A stretch of DNA of 64,000 nt from Candidatus Bathyarchaeia archaeon (GCA_038883655.1 JAVZLQ010000004.1:32001-96000), one strand, 5' to 3'; shown: positions 50,550-61,040, counted from the stretch's first letter. Notes: a model not told the origin generated them from the letters alone. Numbers and translations are program-made.

Positions 50550-51750
50550 ACTGCCAAGCCCTGAGCAACAAAAACATTGCCACTAATTGAAGTATAACTG
50601 CATAGCAAATTATTAACGTGAATGGAACTCTCAGTGCTATGAATAAGCCGTATAATCCGCCACTTATGAGAAAGCCGACGCCGTAAACAGTGTTGAAGAT
50701 ACCGTAAGCCATACCCCTAAAGGGGATAGGCGCAAATTCTGACACTGCCGCGCGGTAAACTGACTCGTGCATCCCAAGGACCAAGCCGAAAAATGCGGCG
50801 GCAACCCACAAAATAGGCAGTTCGTTGCCAGTTATTGCAAGCACGGATGGAATTACCGAAATTAAAAAAGGCGCAACGAGGATTCTTATCCCAAACTTGT
50901 CATAGGCATATCCAGAAACCAGAGCGGATGGCGCGTCCACGCCTTGAATAAACGTGTACATTAATGGTATAATCCACTGCTCACCGATTGGCTGAAGAAC
51001 ATCTGAGGCTTTAGCCAAGATGATTGTGTATGGGATAAGCCCCACAGTGTTCAAGAGAACGGCAAATGTGTAAATGTAGAATTCTATTCCAAGCTTTGCC
51101 TTTTCGCTTGTCTTCCGCGTCTCTGCAACAGCCGCCTTTGAGCCTAGCCTCTTGTAAGTGTAAGCCAAAACAATTAAGAGCACGGCGAATGGCACGAAAA
51201 GAAAAGTGAAGGTATAACCGTAGTTGTTGGCGCTCACAAACATTAGGGCGGCAACCATTATTGGCCCTATTATTGCGCCTATCTGATCTAGAAGTTCGTG
51301 TAAACCAAAGGCTTTTCCAGCGCCAACATCCTTGCTAATTATCGATAGAAGCGTGTCGCGCGAAGGCGACCTTATGGCTTTGCCAAACCTCTCAAGCAAA
51401 ATTAGGGTTATGACTGTTCCTAAACCAAAAGTGCCTGACGGTCCTAAAAGTGGAATTGAAACTATTAGTCCGTAGCCTAGGAATATGAATGCCCAGTAGG
51501 CGCGTGTTGTGTCTGCCAGATATCCGCCTAAAAGCCTCATTGTGTAGCCTAGAAATTCGCCGATTCCGCCGACAAAGCTTACTATGGCTAGTGACGCGCC
51601 GAGAAACGTTAGGTAGTCTGGAACTATGCCTCTTGAGCCTTCATAAACTATGTCGCCCATCAGGCTTACTATGCCAAGCGATAAAATTCCAAAGTAGGCA
51701 GCCTTTCGGGCATTAGCATTTGACTTCGCTCTTTCTTCAGCCAAATCCAA
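50524..51750 (-). CDS. MFS transporter
   Basis: About 12 hydrophobic helices; motifs GYLAD, RFGKAIRSPSRD, GYAYDKFG. Confidence 0.85.
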   Translation of the reverse strand: MDLAEERAKSNANARKAAYFGILSLGIVSLMGDIVYEGSRGIVPDYLTFLGASLAIVSFVGGIGEFLGYTMRLLGGYLADTTRAYWAFIFLGYGLIVSIPLLGPSGTFGLGTVITLILLERFGKAIRSPSRDTLLSIISKDVGAGKAFGLHELLDQIGAIIGPIMVAALMFVSANNYGYTFTFLFVPFAVLLIVLAYTYKRLGSKAAVAETRKTSEKAKLGIEFYIYTFAVLLNTVGLIPYTIILAKASDVLQPIGEQWIIPLMYTFIQGVDAPSALVSGYAYDKFGIRILVAPFLISVIPSVLAITGNELPILWVAAAFFGLVLGMHESVYRAAVSEFAPIPFRGMAYGIFNTVYGVGFLISGGLYGLFIALRVPFTLIICYAVILQLVAMFLLLRAWQFRHQLEQA

Positions 51751-51806
51751 ACCTTCTTGTCCAATTTACGAACACTACCATTATGTAGAACTTAAATTTA
51801 ATGGAT

Positions 51807-52607
51807 TTACTTTGTTTGAGTGGCTTGACGTTTTGCTTCTTCCCAAGCTTGGATTATTTCCCGGGTGATTTGGGGATAAAACTTGAAAATGTCTGTTGCA
51901 TTTTCAACGTAAATGTAAATTCTATAGTTTCTGGCGAAGGCCGTTATCCCAAGCGCTTGGTAGTCTGGCTTTCTTGGCATTTGTCCAGCATATTTTTCAA
52001 GAACCATGTCCAGCACTTTCTCAAGTTCGCCGACTGGTAGAGCGTGGTCGAAGGCTAACTCGAATCCGTAACGGTACATGTTTGGCTCTTCTTCCATAAA
52101 TCGGTAGTTGACTATGTCTCGGTCCAGTATCCTCTGAGTGCTTATTGAAACAATGTTGCCTGAAATAGTCAAAATTTTCGCGTAGTTCAGCGTGATTTCT
52201 TGCACTACCCCTTCGATGCTGTCTATCCGCACATAGTCGCCCACACGGAACGGGTGCGTTGCAAAGAGGAAAATTCCAGCCATAATGTTTCCAATCGTTC
52301 TAGTGGACGCAAATCCAACGGCCGCGCCTCCGATGGCGGAAAAGCTTATGATAGTTTCTGATGGAAGCCCTCCTACGTGAAGAAGCGCTATCGTGACGCC
52401 TATTAATATTATAATCCTTTCAGTTAGCACAATTCCGTTTACAATTTCTGGCGGAATCTCCTTCTTCCTTGTAATCTGTCTTAGCCATCTTGTGAAAACT
52501 CTTTCAATAATTAGCGCGGCAGCGGCAATGACGATGACCCATAATATCGTTATTAGGTATGGGTTTTCTGCGAACAAGTCTGTTAGACTTAAGTTTGGGT
52601 TTATCAT
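51807..52607 (-). CDS. mscS: Small-conductance mechanosensitive channel family protein
   Basis: Three TM helices, then GFAS...NIMAGI...PFRVGDYV. Confidence 0.82.
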   Translation of the reverse strand: MINPNLSLTDLFAENPYLITILWVIVIAAAALIIERVFTRWLRQITRKKEIPPEIVNGIVLTERIIILIGVTIALLHVGGLPSETIISFSAIGGAAVGFASTRTIGNIMAGIFLFATHPFRVGDYVRIDSIEGVVQEITLNYAKILTISGNIVSISTQRILDRDIVNYRFMEEEPNMYRYGFELAFDHALPVGELEKVLDMVLEKYAGQMPRKPDYQALGITAFARNYRIYIYVENATDIFKFYPQITREIIQAWEEAKRQATQTK

Positions 52608-52714
52608 TGCAGTTATGATGAACGCAACAGTCTAATAAGTTTTAGCGGAAGGGTGAAGAAAGTTTTTATTATAGTTTAAAGCTACATGCAATGCCATAAA
52701 AGGAATGAGAGAGC

Positions 52715-53425
52715 ATGTCTTTACAAAAAGGAGACTTTATACTAATAGACTACACCGCAAAGGTTAAGGAAACAGGTGAAGTTTTCGACACGACGATAGA
52801 GGATGTAGCCAAAAAAGAACGCCTATACAAGGAAGGAGAAATCTACGAACCAAAACTTGTCGTAGTAGGCGAGGGATGGGTTCTAAAGGCGTTGGATGAA
52901 AGCCTAACAAGCATGGAAGTCGGCAAACAATCAGTCGTTGAAATACCGCCAGACAAGGCTTTTGGGGCGCGAGACCCAGAAAAAGTTAGGCGTGTTCCGC
53001 TTAGGCACTTAACTGATAAGGGGATAACCCCAAGCCTTGGAATGCGTGTTGAATATGACGGAAAACTTGCCACGGTGCGCGCCATAGGAGCTGGAAGAGT
53101 ACTATTGGACTTTAATCCGCCTCTTGCTGGGAAAACATTGGTTTACGAGGTTACCGTTAAGAAGAAGCTTGAAACTGTGGAGGAGAAAATAGAGGCGCTT
53201 ATCCACCGAAGGATTCCAGCGGTTGAAGGCAGTAAGTTCAAGTTCACGGTTAGAGCGAAAGCCGTTAACATTGAAATGCCAGAAGAAGCCTTCTACTTGG
53301 AAGGGATTCAAGTTGCGAAGCGCGGAATAGCCGTTGACATACAAAAGTTCTTCCCAGAAATAACTACTGTAAAGTTCAGCGAGACGTTTAAAGCGGCTGA
53401 ATCCAAAAAGGAAGCATCCAGCTAA
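52715..53425 (+). CDS. Archaeal long FKBP-type peptidyl-prolyl isomerase
   Basis: Motifs GEVFDTT, IPPDKAFG, DFNPPLAGKTL. Confidence 0.9.
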   Translation: MSLQKGDFILIDYTAKVKETGEVFDTTIEDVAKKERLYKEGEIYEPKLVVVGEGWVLKALDESLTSMEVGKQSVVEIPPDKAFGARDPEKVRRVPLRHLTDKGITPSLGMRVEYDGKLATVRAIGAGRVLLDFNPPLAGKTLVYEVTVKKKLETVEEKIEALIHRRIPAVEGSKFKFTVRAKAVNIEMPEEAFYLEGIQVAKRGIAVDIQKFFPEITTVKFSETFKAAESKKEASS

Positions 53426-53443
53426 CCAAACCCAAACTCTCTT

Positions 53444-54511
53444 TCATATGACCCCGGTTGTTTTCGCAACTTTCTCGTAGGCTTCACTACTCAAATTAAG
53501 CTTGTTAAGAATCGTGTACCTTTCTGGTCTTAGGGTTGCGGCAAGCTTCAGCGCCGTTATCACATCATTTTCTTTCACGCTTAAGCCTTCGGCGTTTGTC
53601 GGCGCCCCGATTTTCTTCAATGTATCCCTTATGTGCTTCCAATTTGCCCTATGCAAATAAGCCATAATTACCGTTCCGACGCCACATTGCTCGCCGTGAA
53701 GCCCATGCGAAGAAGAGGCAATAATGTCTAGAGCGTGGCTAAAAAGGTGTTCTGACCCGCTACATGGGCGGCTGCTTCCAGCAATGCTCATCGCCACTCC
53801 ACAGCTTATTAATGCTTCAATTAGAATGCGCAATCCTTCTTCGTTGTCTGGCTTAATTATATCAGCATTTTCAATCACAAGTTTTGCGCTCATCAGAGCT
53901 AGGCTTGCGGCGTAACCCCCATAATACTCGTTTTTCTCTTTATGCGCAAGTTTCCAGTCTCTCACCGCAGTGAATTTTGCGATTACGTCTCCGCATCCGC
54001 TTGTTATTGAACGCCAAGGAGAACGCATTATTATGTCCGTGTCTGCGATTATAGCTATTGGCGCTTGAGCCATGACTGAATATGGCTTTTCGAAACCCTT
54101 GATAGAAGATAGCGGACTCGCTATCCCATCATGAGAGGCTGTTGTTGGAACACTTATGAATGGAACATGCTGACGAGCTGAGCTTAACTTTGCAACATCT
54201 ATTTTTGTTCCGCCGCCCACTCCGAAAACAACTTGAGGCTTCAAAATTTTGATTTTCTCTTCAACAGCCTCCACGTCCTTAACAGTTGCGGACTTAACAA
54301 GAACAGTGTTAACTTCCATTCCGTCTTTTTCAAGGAGTTTCTTCACGGTTTTTCCTGCGATGTCGTAAGTGCGCAAGCCAGCAACTATCAGTGCGGATTT
54401 TGTGAACCCCAGCCTCAGAGTGATTTCTGGAACACGTTCTAAAGTGCCGTTTCCAACAATTACTTCTCTTGGAAGCTGCATTTGGTGATGTTTTAGGGGC
54501 AAATCAACCAC
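53444..54511 (-). CDS. egsA: Glycerol-1-phosphate dehydrogenase
   Basis: Motifs GVGGG, SVPTTASHDG, SRPCSGSEHLFSHALD, HGEQ. Confidence 0.93.
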   Translation of the reverse strand: MVDLPLKHHQMQLPREVIVGNGTLERVPEITLRLGFTKSALIVAGLRTYDIAGKTVKKLLEKDGMEVNTVLVKSATVKDVEAVEEKIKILKPQVVFGVGGGTKIDVAKLSSARQHVPFISVPTTASHDGIASPLSSIKGFEKPYSVMAQAPIAIIADTDIIMRSPWRSITSGCGDVIAKFTAVRDWKLAHKEKNEYYGGYAASLALMSAKLVIENADIIKPDNEEGLRILIEALISCGVAMSIAGSSRPCSGSEHLFSHALDIIASSSHGLHGEQCGVGTVIMAYLHRANWKHIRDTLKKIGAPTNAEGLSVKENDVITALKLAATLRPERYTILNKLNLSSEAYEKVAKTTGVI

Positions 54512-54683
54512 TCTGAACTTTAATTATCACTTTTAATTCTCGCTGCCTAAACCTTAGATTAGTGGGTTTTTCGCCATTTAAATGCTATTGATTTCTCTCC
54601 ACTTTAACCGTAATATTAATAAATGTCACGGTGTGATTACATGATGCTGTTTCCTAGCAAATTAATCCCGCGTTGTTTAGGTT

Positions 54684-55337
54684 TTGGGAGAAAACGAGAT
54701 GATAAGCAAAGACGCAGTTGATAAGTTGACACTGAAAGGGACAACAACAATAGGCGTGGTATGCAAGGACGGCGTAATCCTCGCCTCAGACACGCGAGTG
54801 ACTATGGGTTATTATGTGGCTCACAAGCATGGTAAGAAAATATACAAGATAGATGATCACTTGGCAATGACTATTGCTGGTTCGCTTGCAGATGCCCAAA
54901 GAACAGTTGACATACTAACGGCAAACGCACAGTTATACAAAATAAACATGGGCAGACCAATACCAGTAAGTTCTGGGGCAAGGCTCATCGCTAACATCCT
55001 ATTTTCAGCCAGATACTTTCCCCTTTTAACACAAGTTCTGATAGGCGGGTTGGATGAAGAGGGACCGCACGTTTATTCCATAGATCCGTTTGGCAGCCTA
55101 ACTGAAGAAAAATGCGTTGCAACTGGTTCTGGTTCGCCTATAGCCTATGGAATTTTGGAGGACAGATACCGCGAAGACGTGACTGTTGAGGAGTTTCTGC
55201 CAATAGTTGTTAAGGCCGTTAACTCCGCCATGAAGCGGGATGCTGCAAGCGGCGACAGCTTCAATGTTGCAGTTATAGACGGTAAGGGTTACCGCGAATT
55301 GGACGAGAAGGAAAAGAAAAGGCTGTTATCAAGTTGA
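54684..55337 (+). CDS. psmB: Proteasome beta subunit
   Basis: Propeptide then KGTTTIG; motifs ATGSGS and RDAASG. Confidence 0.95.
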   Translation: MGENEMISKDAVDKLTLKGTTTIGVVCKDGVILASDTRVTMGYYVAHKHGKKIYKIDDHLAMTIAGSLADAQRTVDILTANAQLYKINMGRPIPVSSGARLIANILFSARYFPLLTQVLIGGLDEEGPHVYSIDPFGSLTEEKCVATGSGSPIAYGILEDRYREDVTVEEFLPIVVKAVNSAMKRDAASGDSFNVAVIDGKGYRELDEKEKKRLLSS

Positions 55338-55348
55338 GGATGTAGGAA

Positions 55349-57268
55349 GTGACACCTAACTCTGACAAAGAAAAAATCGAAATAAGCCACTACATACTAG
55401 AGCACGTGCCAAAAGAAGTTGAAGTAACCAGAATAGAGTATGAAGGTTCAACGTTAGCCGTTTACACGAAAAAACCTGAACTGCTCGTTGAACAAAGCAG
55501 CTTAATTGCAGACATAGTTAACGTGATAAGAAAGAGAATAGTTGTCCGCTCGGATCCATCCGTGAGGCTTCCAGAAAACGAAGCTGAAAGGATAGCCAAA
55601 TCAATAATTCCAGCCGAGGCGGAAGTGACGGACATAAACTTTGACCCAAGCCTGGGCGAAATAATAATTGAAGCAAAAAAGCCTGGACTTGTTATAGGAA
55701 AAAATGGTGCTGTGCTACAAGAGATAATTAGGCAGACAAAGTGGCGCCCCCACGTTTTGAGAAGCCCACCATTGCGTTCAAAAATTGTTACGCACATGAG
55801 GCATTATCTCCATTCAGAAAGCAAGGAAAGAGAGCGCATACTCCGCACAATAGGCGAAAGAATATTCAGACCAAAAATTTACGATGTTGGAGACTTGCGA
55901 ATAACCGTTCTTGGCGGAGCCCAAGAGGTTGGCAGATCAGCCATTCTCGTACAAACACGTGAAAGCAGTGTGCTACTTGACTGTGGCATAAACCCTGGCT
56001 CCTCAAAGCCCTTCGAGTCTTTTCCAAGGCTTGACAATTCGCAGTTTGAGCTTGATTCTTTGGACGCTGTTGTTGTAAGCCACGCTCACCTTGATCACTG
56101 CGGGCTTGTGCCATTCCTTTACAAGTATGGCTATGACGGACCAGTTTATTGTTCTGCTCCAACGTCTAACTTGATGACGCTTCTCCAACTTGACTATTTG
56201 GACGTTGCCAGCAAGCAGGGCATTATACCGCCATACGATCAGAAAGATGTGAGAGAATGTGTTTTGCATACTATTCCGCTGCGTTACGGTGTTGTGACCG
56301 ACATAGCTCCAGACATTCGCTTAACGCTTCATAATGCTGGGCACATTTTGGGTTCTTCGCTTGTGCATTTGCACATAGGCGAGGGACTACACAACATTGT
56401 TTATACCGGCGACTACAAGTTTGCGCGAACAATGCTTCTTGAAGCAGCGACAAGAGAGTTTCCAAGAGTTGAAACAGTCATAACCGAGTGCACCTATGGT
56501 GGTCCGGAAGACGTTATGCCTTCGCGTGTTGAAGCCGAGGAAAGGCTAACGGCAATAATAAACGAAACTTTGGAACGCAAAGGAAAAGTTTTGATTCCGG
56601 TGCCAGCGGTTGGGAGAGCCCAAGAAATAATGCTGATAATTGATGGTTATATGAAGCGTGGGTTGATGAAGGAAGCTCCAGTTTTCATTGAAGGCATGAT
56701 TTCCGAGGCAACAGCCATACACACAGCTTATCCAGAATACTTGGGCAGAGAAGTGCGCAACAGCATACTACACGAGGGCGTTAACCCATTCCAGTCAGAC
56801 TATTTCACGATTGTTGAGCACCCAAACGTTAGACAAGACATAATCGACGGCGAACCATGTGTTATTTTAGCAACATCCGGCATGCTCGAAGGAGGACCAG
56901 TAATAGAATATTTTAAGGCGCTGGCTGAAAGTGAGGCAAACACCATAATCTTCGTCAGTTACCAAATAGAAGGAACTCTAGGAAGACGTGTACAGAAGGG
57001 CTTGAACGAGGTTACGCTTTTGAACAGTGAGGGCAAGCTTGACGTAATAAAGGTTAGGCTACGTGTAGAATCAATTGAAGGGTTTTCTGGGCATTCGGAT
57101 AGGAAGCAGATAATAAATTACATTTCAAATTTGAAGCCAGAACCAGAAAGGGTTATCGTTTGCCACGGCGAAAAAGCAAAGTGCCTAAGCATCGCGAACT
57201 TCTTTCAGAAGAGGATGGGACTACAGGCTTTCGCGCCTTCTGTTATGGAGACCTTTAGGCTGCTGTAA
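55349..57268 (+). CDS. fttA: beta-CASP ribonuclease aCPSF1 (FttA)
   Basis: KH domains (KPGLVIGK), SHAHLDH, AGHILGS, GFSGHSD; conserved psmB adjacency. Confidence 0.95.
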   Translation: MTPNSDKEKIEISHYILEHVPKEVEVTRIEYEGSTLAVYTKKPELLVEQSSLIADIVNVIRKRIVVRSDPSVRLPENEAERIAKSIIPAEAEVTDINFDPSLGEIIIEAKKPGLVIGKNGAVLQEIIRQTKWRPHVLRSPPLRSKIVTHMRHYLHSESKERERILRTIGERIFRPKIYDVGDLRITVLGGAQEVGRSAILVQTRESSVLLDCGINPGSSKPFESFPRLDNSQFELDSLDAVVVSHAHLDHCGLVPFLYKYGYDGPVYCSAPTSNLMTLLQLDYLDVASKQGIIPPYDQKDVRECVLHTIPLRYGVVTDIAPDIRLTLHNAGHILGSSLVHLHIGEGLHNIVYTGDYKFARTMLLEAATREFPRVETVITECTYGGPEDVMPSRVEAEERLTAIINETLERKGKVLIPVPAVGRAQEIMLIIDGYMKRGLMKEAPVFIEGMISEATAIHTAYPEYLGREVRNSILHEGVNPFQSDYFTIVEHPNVRQDIIDGEPCVILATSGMLEGGPVIEYFKALAESEANTIIFVSYQIEGTLGRRVQKGLNEVTLLNSEGKLDVIKVRLRVESIEGFSGHSDRKQIINYISNLKPEPERVIVCHGEKAKCLSIANFFQKRMGLQAFAPSVMETFRLL

Positions 57269-57614
57269 CCACAGTCTCTTTTGAAACTGGGGTTTTCTCG
57301 CGCCAAATCCTAACGTTTGGTGGGCAGACTACAACGCGTTCTTCTCCAAGCCTCGCTATGTCTCCGCCGAGGGATTCGGCGAACTCGCATAGCTCGTTCA
57401 CGGCGCGTTTAACATCATCTATGCTTTTGTTTGCGAGAGGAGTTATCCTAAGTATGAGTATGTTTCCAGACTTAACCTCAGCTTTTATGCTGTCCAGGTC
57501 TGACAAGTCTCGGAGGGGCATAGCCTTCAAGTAAGTCTTGCCAGAAACGCCTTTAAGCTCCTTCTCTTTTCCTTCCTTCTTCGACTTGCGCAGTATACCG
57601 CTCAAACTAGGCAA
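57255..57614 (-). CDS. sepF: Archaeal SepF-like cell division protein
   Basis: SGNILIL...AVNEL...GGDIARLGE...VVCPPNVRI. Confidence 0.8.
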   Translation of the reverse strand: MPSLSGILRKSKKEGKEKELKGVSGKTYLKAMPLRDLSDLDSIKAEVKSGNILILRITPLANKSIDDVKRAVNELCEFAESLGGDIARLGEERVVVCPPNVRIWREKTPVSKETVVTAA

Positions 57615-57728
57615 ATTTCTCCTCTCTAAACCTTTATTCTGCTCTTCTAAAGTTTAAGTGTTTCTTAATTCCAAGTCTAAATTTCTAATAAGGATAATTG
57701 CTTTATGAATCTAAAATCCAGATTTTAA

Positions 57729-58229
57729 CTAACCGCCAGCCTTTTTTATGGCATTCCAAACCTCGTCGCCAACAAAGTGGACATTTTTAATAACTTTGCC
57801 ATGCTTAACTGTGCCTGCATCCGCCTTGTCAAAGAGTGCTTCGCCTATAGCCAAAGGCTTGCCATACTTCTCATCCACAACCAAAACGAGGTCGCCGTTT
57901 CTGAAATCTCCTATAAAATGTTTGATTCCCGGAGCCATCACATCCGCCCCGTTGCAAATGTGTGGAACAGCGCCCATGTCAACAACAACCTTGGCGATTT
58001 TTTCCAGATACTCCGTGGAAAGCAGTGTTGGAAAGAGTTTTTCTCCAACCCTAGCCAGAAGCGGCTTACCATTTAGCAAGTACACTTTTGCCTCATCAAA
58101 CTCCATAACTTCAACGTTTGCTTTTCCCTTCAAAAGCTTTTCCAAATCAATGCCAAGCTTTGAAGCTTCATCCAAAAGCGTCCTCGCCTCTTTCGTTTTT
58201 AGGAAGTGCCTCCTAAACTTTTCAGACAT
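57729..58229 (-). CDS. DUF1947/PUA-domain RNA-binding protein (MCTS1/Tma20-like)
   Basis: Motifs VVDMGAVPHICNGADVMAPGI and HFVGD; ATG at 58229. Confidence 0.88.
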   Translation of the reverse strand: MSEKFRRHFLKTKEARTLLDEASKLGIDLEKLLKGKANVEVMEFDEAKVYLLNGKPLLARVGEKLFPTLLSTEYLEKIAKVVVDMGAVPHICNGADVMAPGIKHFIGDFRNGDLVLVVDEKYGKPLAIGEALFDKADAGTVKHGKVIKNVHFVGDEVWNAIKKAGG

Positions 58230-58304
58230 TGCTTTCTCCTTAGATAGGTTTAAATTGTATAAGTTTAAGTATAAAAGACATAAAATATAGCTTGAGGGTT
58301 TCAA

Positions 58305-58532
58305 ATGAGCGAGATGACAACAGAAATTCTTGAACAAAACCTCGGGAAAATAGTTCTCGTCCGCCTGAAGGGTGGAAAAAGCCTACGCGGGAGATTGAAG
58401 GGTTTCGACCAACACCTAAACCTCGTTTTAGAGGAGACGGAAGACACAACAAATAGTGAAAACGTGAAAAAACTGGGCTTAATAATCGTACGCGGGGACA
58501 ACGTTGTCCTAATTTCGCCGCCGCCAAGGTGA
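58305..58532 (+). CDS. Sm-like (Lsm/SmAP) protein
   Basis: Motifs [14 protein letters not shown] and IVRGDNV; upstream of L37e. Confidence 0.93.
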   Translation: MSEMTTEILEQNLGKIVLVRLKGGKSLRGRLKGFDQHLNLVLEETEDTTNSENVKKLGLIIVRGDNVVLISPPPR

Positions 58533-58537
58533 ACGTT

Positions 58538-58726
58538 TTGGGTAAAGGAACACCATCCTTCGGCAAACGTGCTGGAAAAACATTGCACATACGTTGTAGA
58601 CGCTGTGGAAGAAGGGCATATAATGTAACCAAAAAACGCTGTGCAGCTTGTGGTTATGGCGAAACAAAATCCATTAGAGAGTATTCATGGCAAACAAGAA
58701 ATCTCCATAGGGAAAGGCTTCGCTGA
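58538..58726 (+). CDS. rpl37e: 50S ribosomal protein L37e
   Basis: GKGTPSFGK...HIRCRRCG...CAACGYG. Confidence 0.95.
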   Translation: MGKGTPSFGKRAGKTLHIRCRRCGRRAYNVTKKRCAACGYGETKSIREYSWQTRNLHRERLR

Positions 58727-58738
58727 TTTTACCGCGTT

Positions 58739-59380
58739 TTAACGCGTCATATTGTAGTAGCCCTTATCAATTTTGACGTAAATTAACGGTCCCTTACTTC
58801 TCGCCAGTTCCCTAGCCTTTCTCAATGTTGTGTTCACCATCTTCACCATGCTTTCTGCGTTACCAATTTCATATGCATGCCTCTTCTCTCCAAGCTCCAT
58901 CTTTAAGAGGTTCTCAGCCAAAATTGCTGTGCCACAAATCTCACCGTTCCTAACAAGCGTTGAAACAACAACTTCTTGCATTTCTTGACGGTTTGAGAGT
59001 CTCCGCCATAATGGTTCCGCGTCGATTAATATACGCGAAACTTTGTCCCATCGTTTTGAATTTTCGTTTCCAATAAGCAGTTTCACGCGTTCCTTCCACT
59101 TTTTAAACCACATTTGAGTCCATACGTCTAAGAATTCTTCCAGCTCTCTTGGGCTTTCGTTGAAAAATTTTTCTAAGCGTTCGGCTATTTCGCACTCGTT
59201 TGCTTCCTTGCCTACGAGATCCCAGTGCACCTTCAAGTAGTTTGTCAGGTCTTGGCATGCGACTTGTAGCACTTTGCGGTCTGAGCCGAATATATCCAGC
59301 GCTGGGTTTATGTTTTTGAGCCTTTCGGACAACAGTATTTCTATGAAGTTCATTTGCTTTCGCTCCGAAGCCTTCTCCAT
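58739..59380 (-). CDS. Hypothetical protein
   Basis: 213-aa ORF with ATG start filling the intergenic space; no family recognised. Confidence 0.65.
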   Translation of the reverse strand: MEKASERKQMNFIEILLSERLKNINPALDIFGSDRKVLQVACQDLTNYLKVHWDLVGKEANECEIAERLEKFFNESPRELEEFLDVWTQMWFKKWKERVKLLIGNENSKRWDKVSRILIDAEPLWRRLSNRQEMQEVVVSTLVRNGEICGTAILAENLLKMELGEKRHAYEIGNAESMVKMVNTTLRKARELARSKGPLIYVKIDKGYYNMTR

Positions 59381-59496
59381 GTTAATTTAGGCGTTGAGGT
59401 TTTAATTAAGCTTTATTTGTATTTGCTTCTATAAGATTTTTAGGTAATTTTCAGTTATATTCCAGATAACAGAATATTTTAAACGTTTTTTGAGGT

Positions 59497-60141
59497 CTAT
59501 TCAACAAAATCTGGAAGGTTCGCGATGCTTTCAATTATTAGGTCTGGATTTTCAGCTTCTAGTTCTTTAAGAGAAAAAATTCCAGTTAAAACAGCAACGG
59601 TTTTCGCGCCAGCTTTCTTTCCAGCCCTAATGTCCGCAACGGAATCTCCAACAACTATGCACTGGCAAGGTTCGACGCAAAGCTGTTCGGCACATCGTAT
59701 TAGCGCGTCTGGGGAAGGCTTTGGGTCTTGCGTGTCAAGAGCCGTAATAACATACTGAAAATATTTTGACAAGCCAAATCTCTCAAGCTCTGCGATGACT
59801 TTTTCTTTTGGAACGTGGCGCATTGTTATTAAAGCCAACTTCGCTCTCTTTGATAGTTTGTCTAGGGTCTCCGAAATTTTCGGCATGGGCTTCGTTTTTG
59901 TGGCAGTTGCTCCATAGTAAGATTTAAGGTAGACTTCCAAAAACTGTTGTGTGTCCGCACCTTCTATTAAGTCGTCTATTGGCAAGTTTTGCTCAAGTCT
60001 CTTTGGAATCTCAAGTGCTGCCTTTTCATTCGCAAATTCTTTTCCAATTGCTTTGAAAGCTGACTTTAACGCTTCAAGGTAGGCCTCCCGCGAATCAACT
60101 ATTGTACCGTCCAAGTCTAGAAGTATAGCCTTCACCCTCAA
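59497..60141 (-). CDS. HAD-superfamily hydrolase (phosphoglycolate phosphatase-like)
   Basis: Motifs DLDGTIVDS, KPSP, VGDSVADI. Confidence 0.88.
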   Translation of the reverse strand: MRVKAILLDLDGTIVDSREAYLEALKSAFKAIGKEFANEKAALEIPKRLEQNLPIDDLIEGADTQQFLEVYLKSYYGATATKTKPMPKISETLDKLSKRAKLALITMRHVPKEKVIAELERFGLSKYFQYVITALDTQDPKPSPDALIRCAEQLCVEPCQCIVVGDSVADIRAGKKAGAKTVAVLTGIFSLKELEAENPDLIIESIANLPDFVE

Positions 60142-60229
60142 CTTTTCCTCGCCATCCTAATCTTTCGCTTTTCTCATCATTAACGCAATCCTTCATTAAA
60201 ACTTTGCATGTGCTATGCCGCCAATTGTT

Positions 60230-60280
60230 AAAAATCTAGAGGGGGGATCTCAATTTTGGTTGCGTGGCAATCCAAAATTT
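60230..60280 (-). repeat. Dispersed ~50-bp hairpin element, copy 3
   Basis: Minus strand reads AAATTTTGGATTGCCACGCAACCAAAATTGAGATCCCCCCTCTAGATTTTT; 16-bp exact match to 10055-10070. Confidence 0.7.
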
Positions 60281-60396
60281 ACGTGGGGCAAGCGCTTGCG
60301 TGGTTAAACTGAAATGTATGTCGATAAGTTTTTATTTTTGGTCTGTTGTTGTAAGGTAATCACCAACAAAAGTCATAAAAGTTGAAGGAATAAGCG

Positions 60397-60705
60397 ATGG
60401 CTAAAATGGCAAGAATACGCCTAACAAGCACAGACTACAAAAAACTGGAAGAGGTATGCGCGGAACTGAAAGCCATCGCCGAGAAAACAGGCGTCAAAAT
60501 GAACGGCCCGATACCATTGCCAACCAAAAGGCTTCGTGTTCCAGTTTTAAAGTCTCCATGCGGTGAGGGCACTTCAACATGGGATAAGTGGGAGATGCGC
60601 ATACACAAACGCGTCATCTACATTGATGCTGAAGGCAACGTTATGAGGCGCATCATGCGCATTCGTGTTCCAGAAGAGGTTCACGTTACAATAGAGCTTT
60701 CCTAA
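60397..60705 (+). CDS. rps10: 30S ribosomal protein S10 (uS10)
   Basis: Motifs ARIRL, GPIPLPTK, KSPCGEG, WEMRIHKR. Confidence 0.95.
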   Translation: MAKMARIRLTSTDYKKLEEVCAELKAIAEKTGVKMNGPIPLPTKRLRVPVLKSPCGEGTSTWDKWEMRIHKRVIYIDAEGNVMRRIMRIRVPEEVHVTIELS

Positions 60706-60714
60706 ATCCTTTTG

Positions 60715-61002
60715 TTAACGCTTCTTTTGTTTGTTCCAGTGGAATAGTAGGCAGTCGGCGCATTTCTCCATGAATTTTAAGCCCTTGTCCGTTGTCTTAA
60801 TTTTGTCATTTTCGATTTGCAGCAAGCCTTTCTGGAGTAGCATGTTAAAATACTGTTTTGACTGCGTGTAGGACAAGCCGACTTCCCTCATAATCTCGGT
60901 TTTTCTCTTTCCAGAAACCGCCTTCTTCAGAACCTCGAACACTATATCATGTCTATCCCTGTTAACCATCTCATATTCCACGAAAACTTCACATGCAATC
61001 AT
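60715..61002 (-). CDS. Small winged-helix DNA-binding protein
   Basis: RDRHDIVFEVL...KTEIMREVGLSY...L..KGLL...TTDKG. Confidence 0.8.
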   Translation of the reverse strand: MIACEVFVEYEMVNRDRHDIVFEVLKKAVSGKRKTEIMREVGLSYTQSKQYFNMLLQKGLLQIENDKIKTTDKGLKFMEKCADCLLFHWNKQKKR

Positions 61003-61040
61003 TAGCCTGATTTAGTAAATAACCTTTCCCAAGCGTCAAG

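Noticed and set aside
59384-59394. AATTTAGGCGT matching the 5' end of repeat copy 2
   Set aside because: The downstream GATACCC..TCTA core and hairpin are absent, so it is probably chance.
60142-60396. Possible tRNA in the intergenic gap
   Set aside because: No cloverleaf or T-loop consensus was seen, only the hairpin element and a palindrome.
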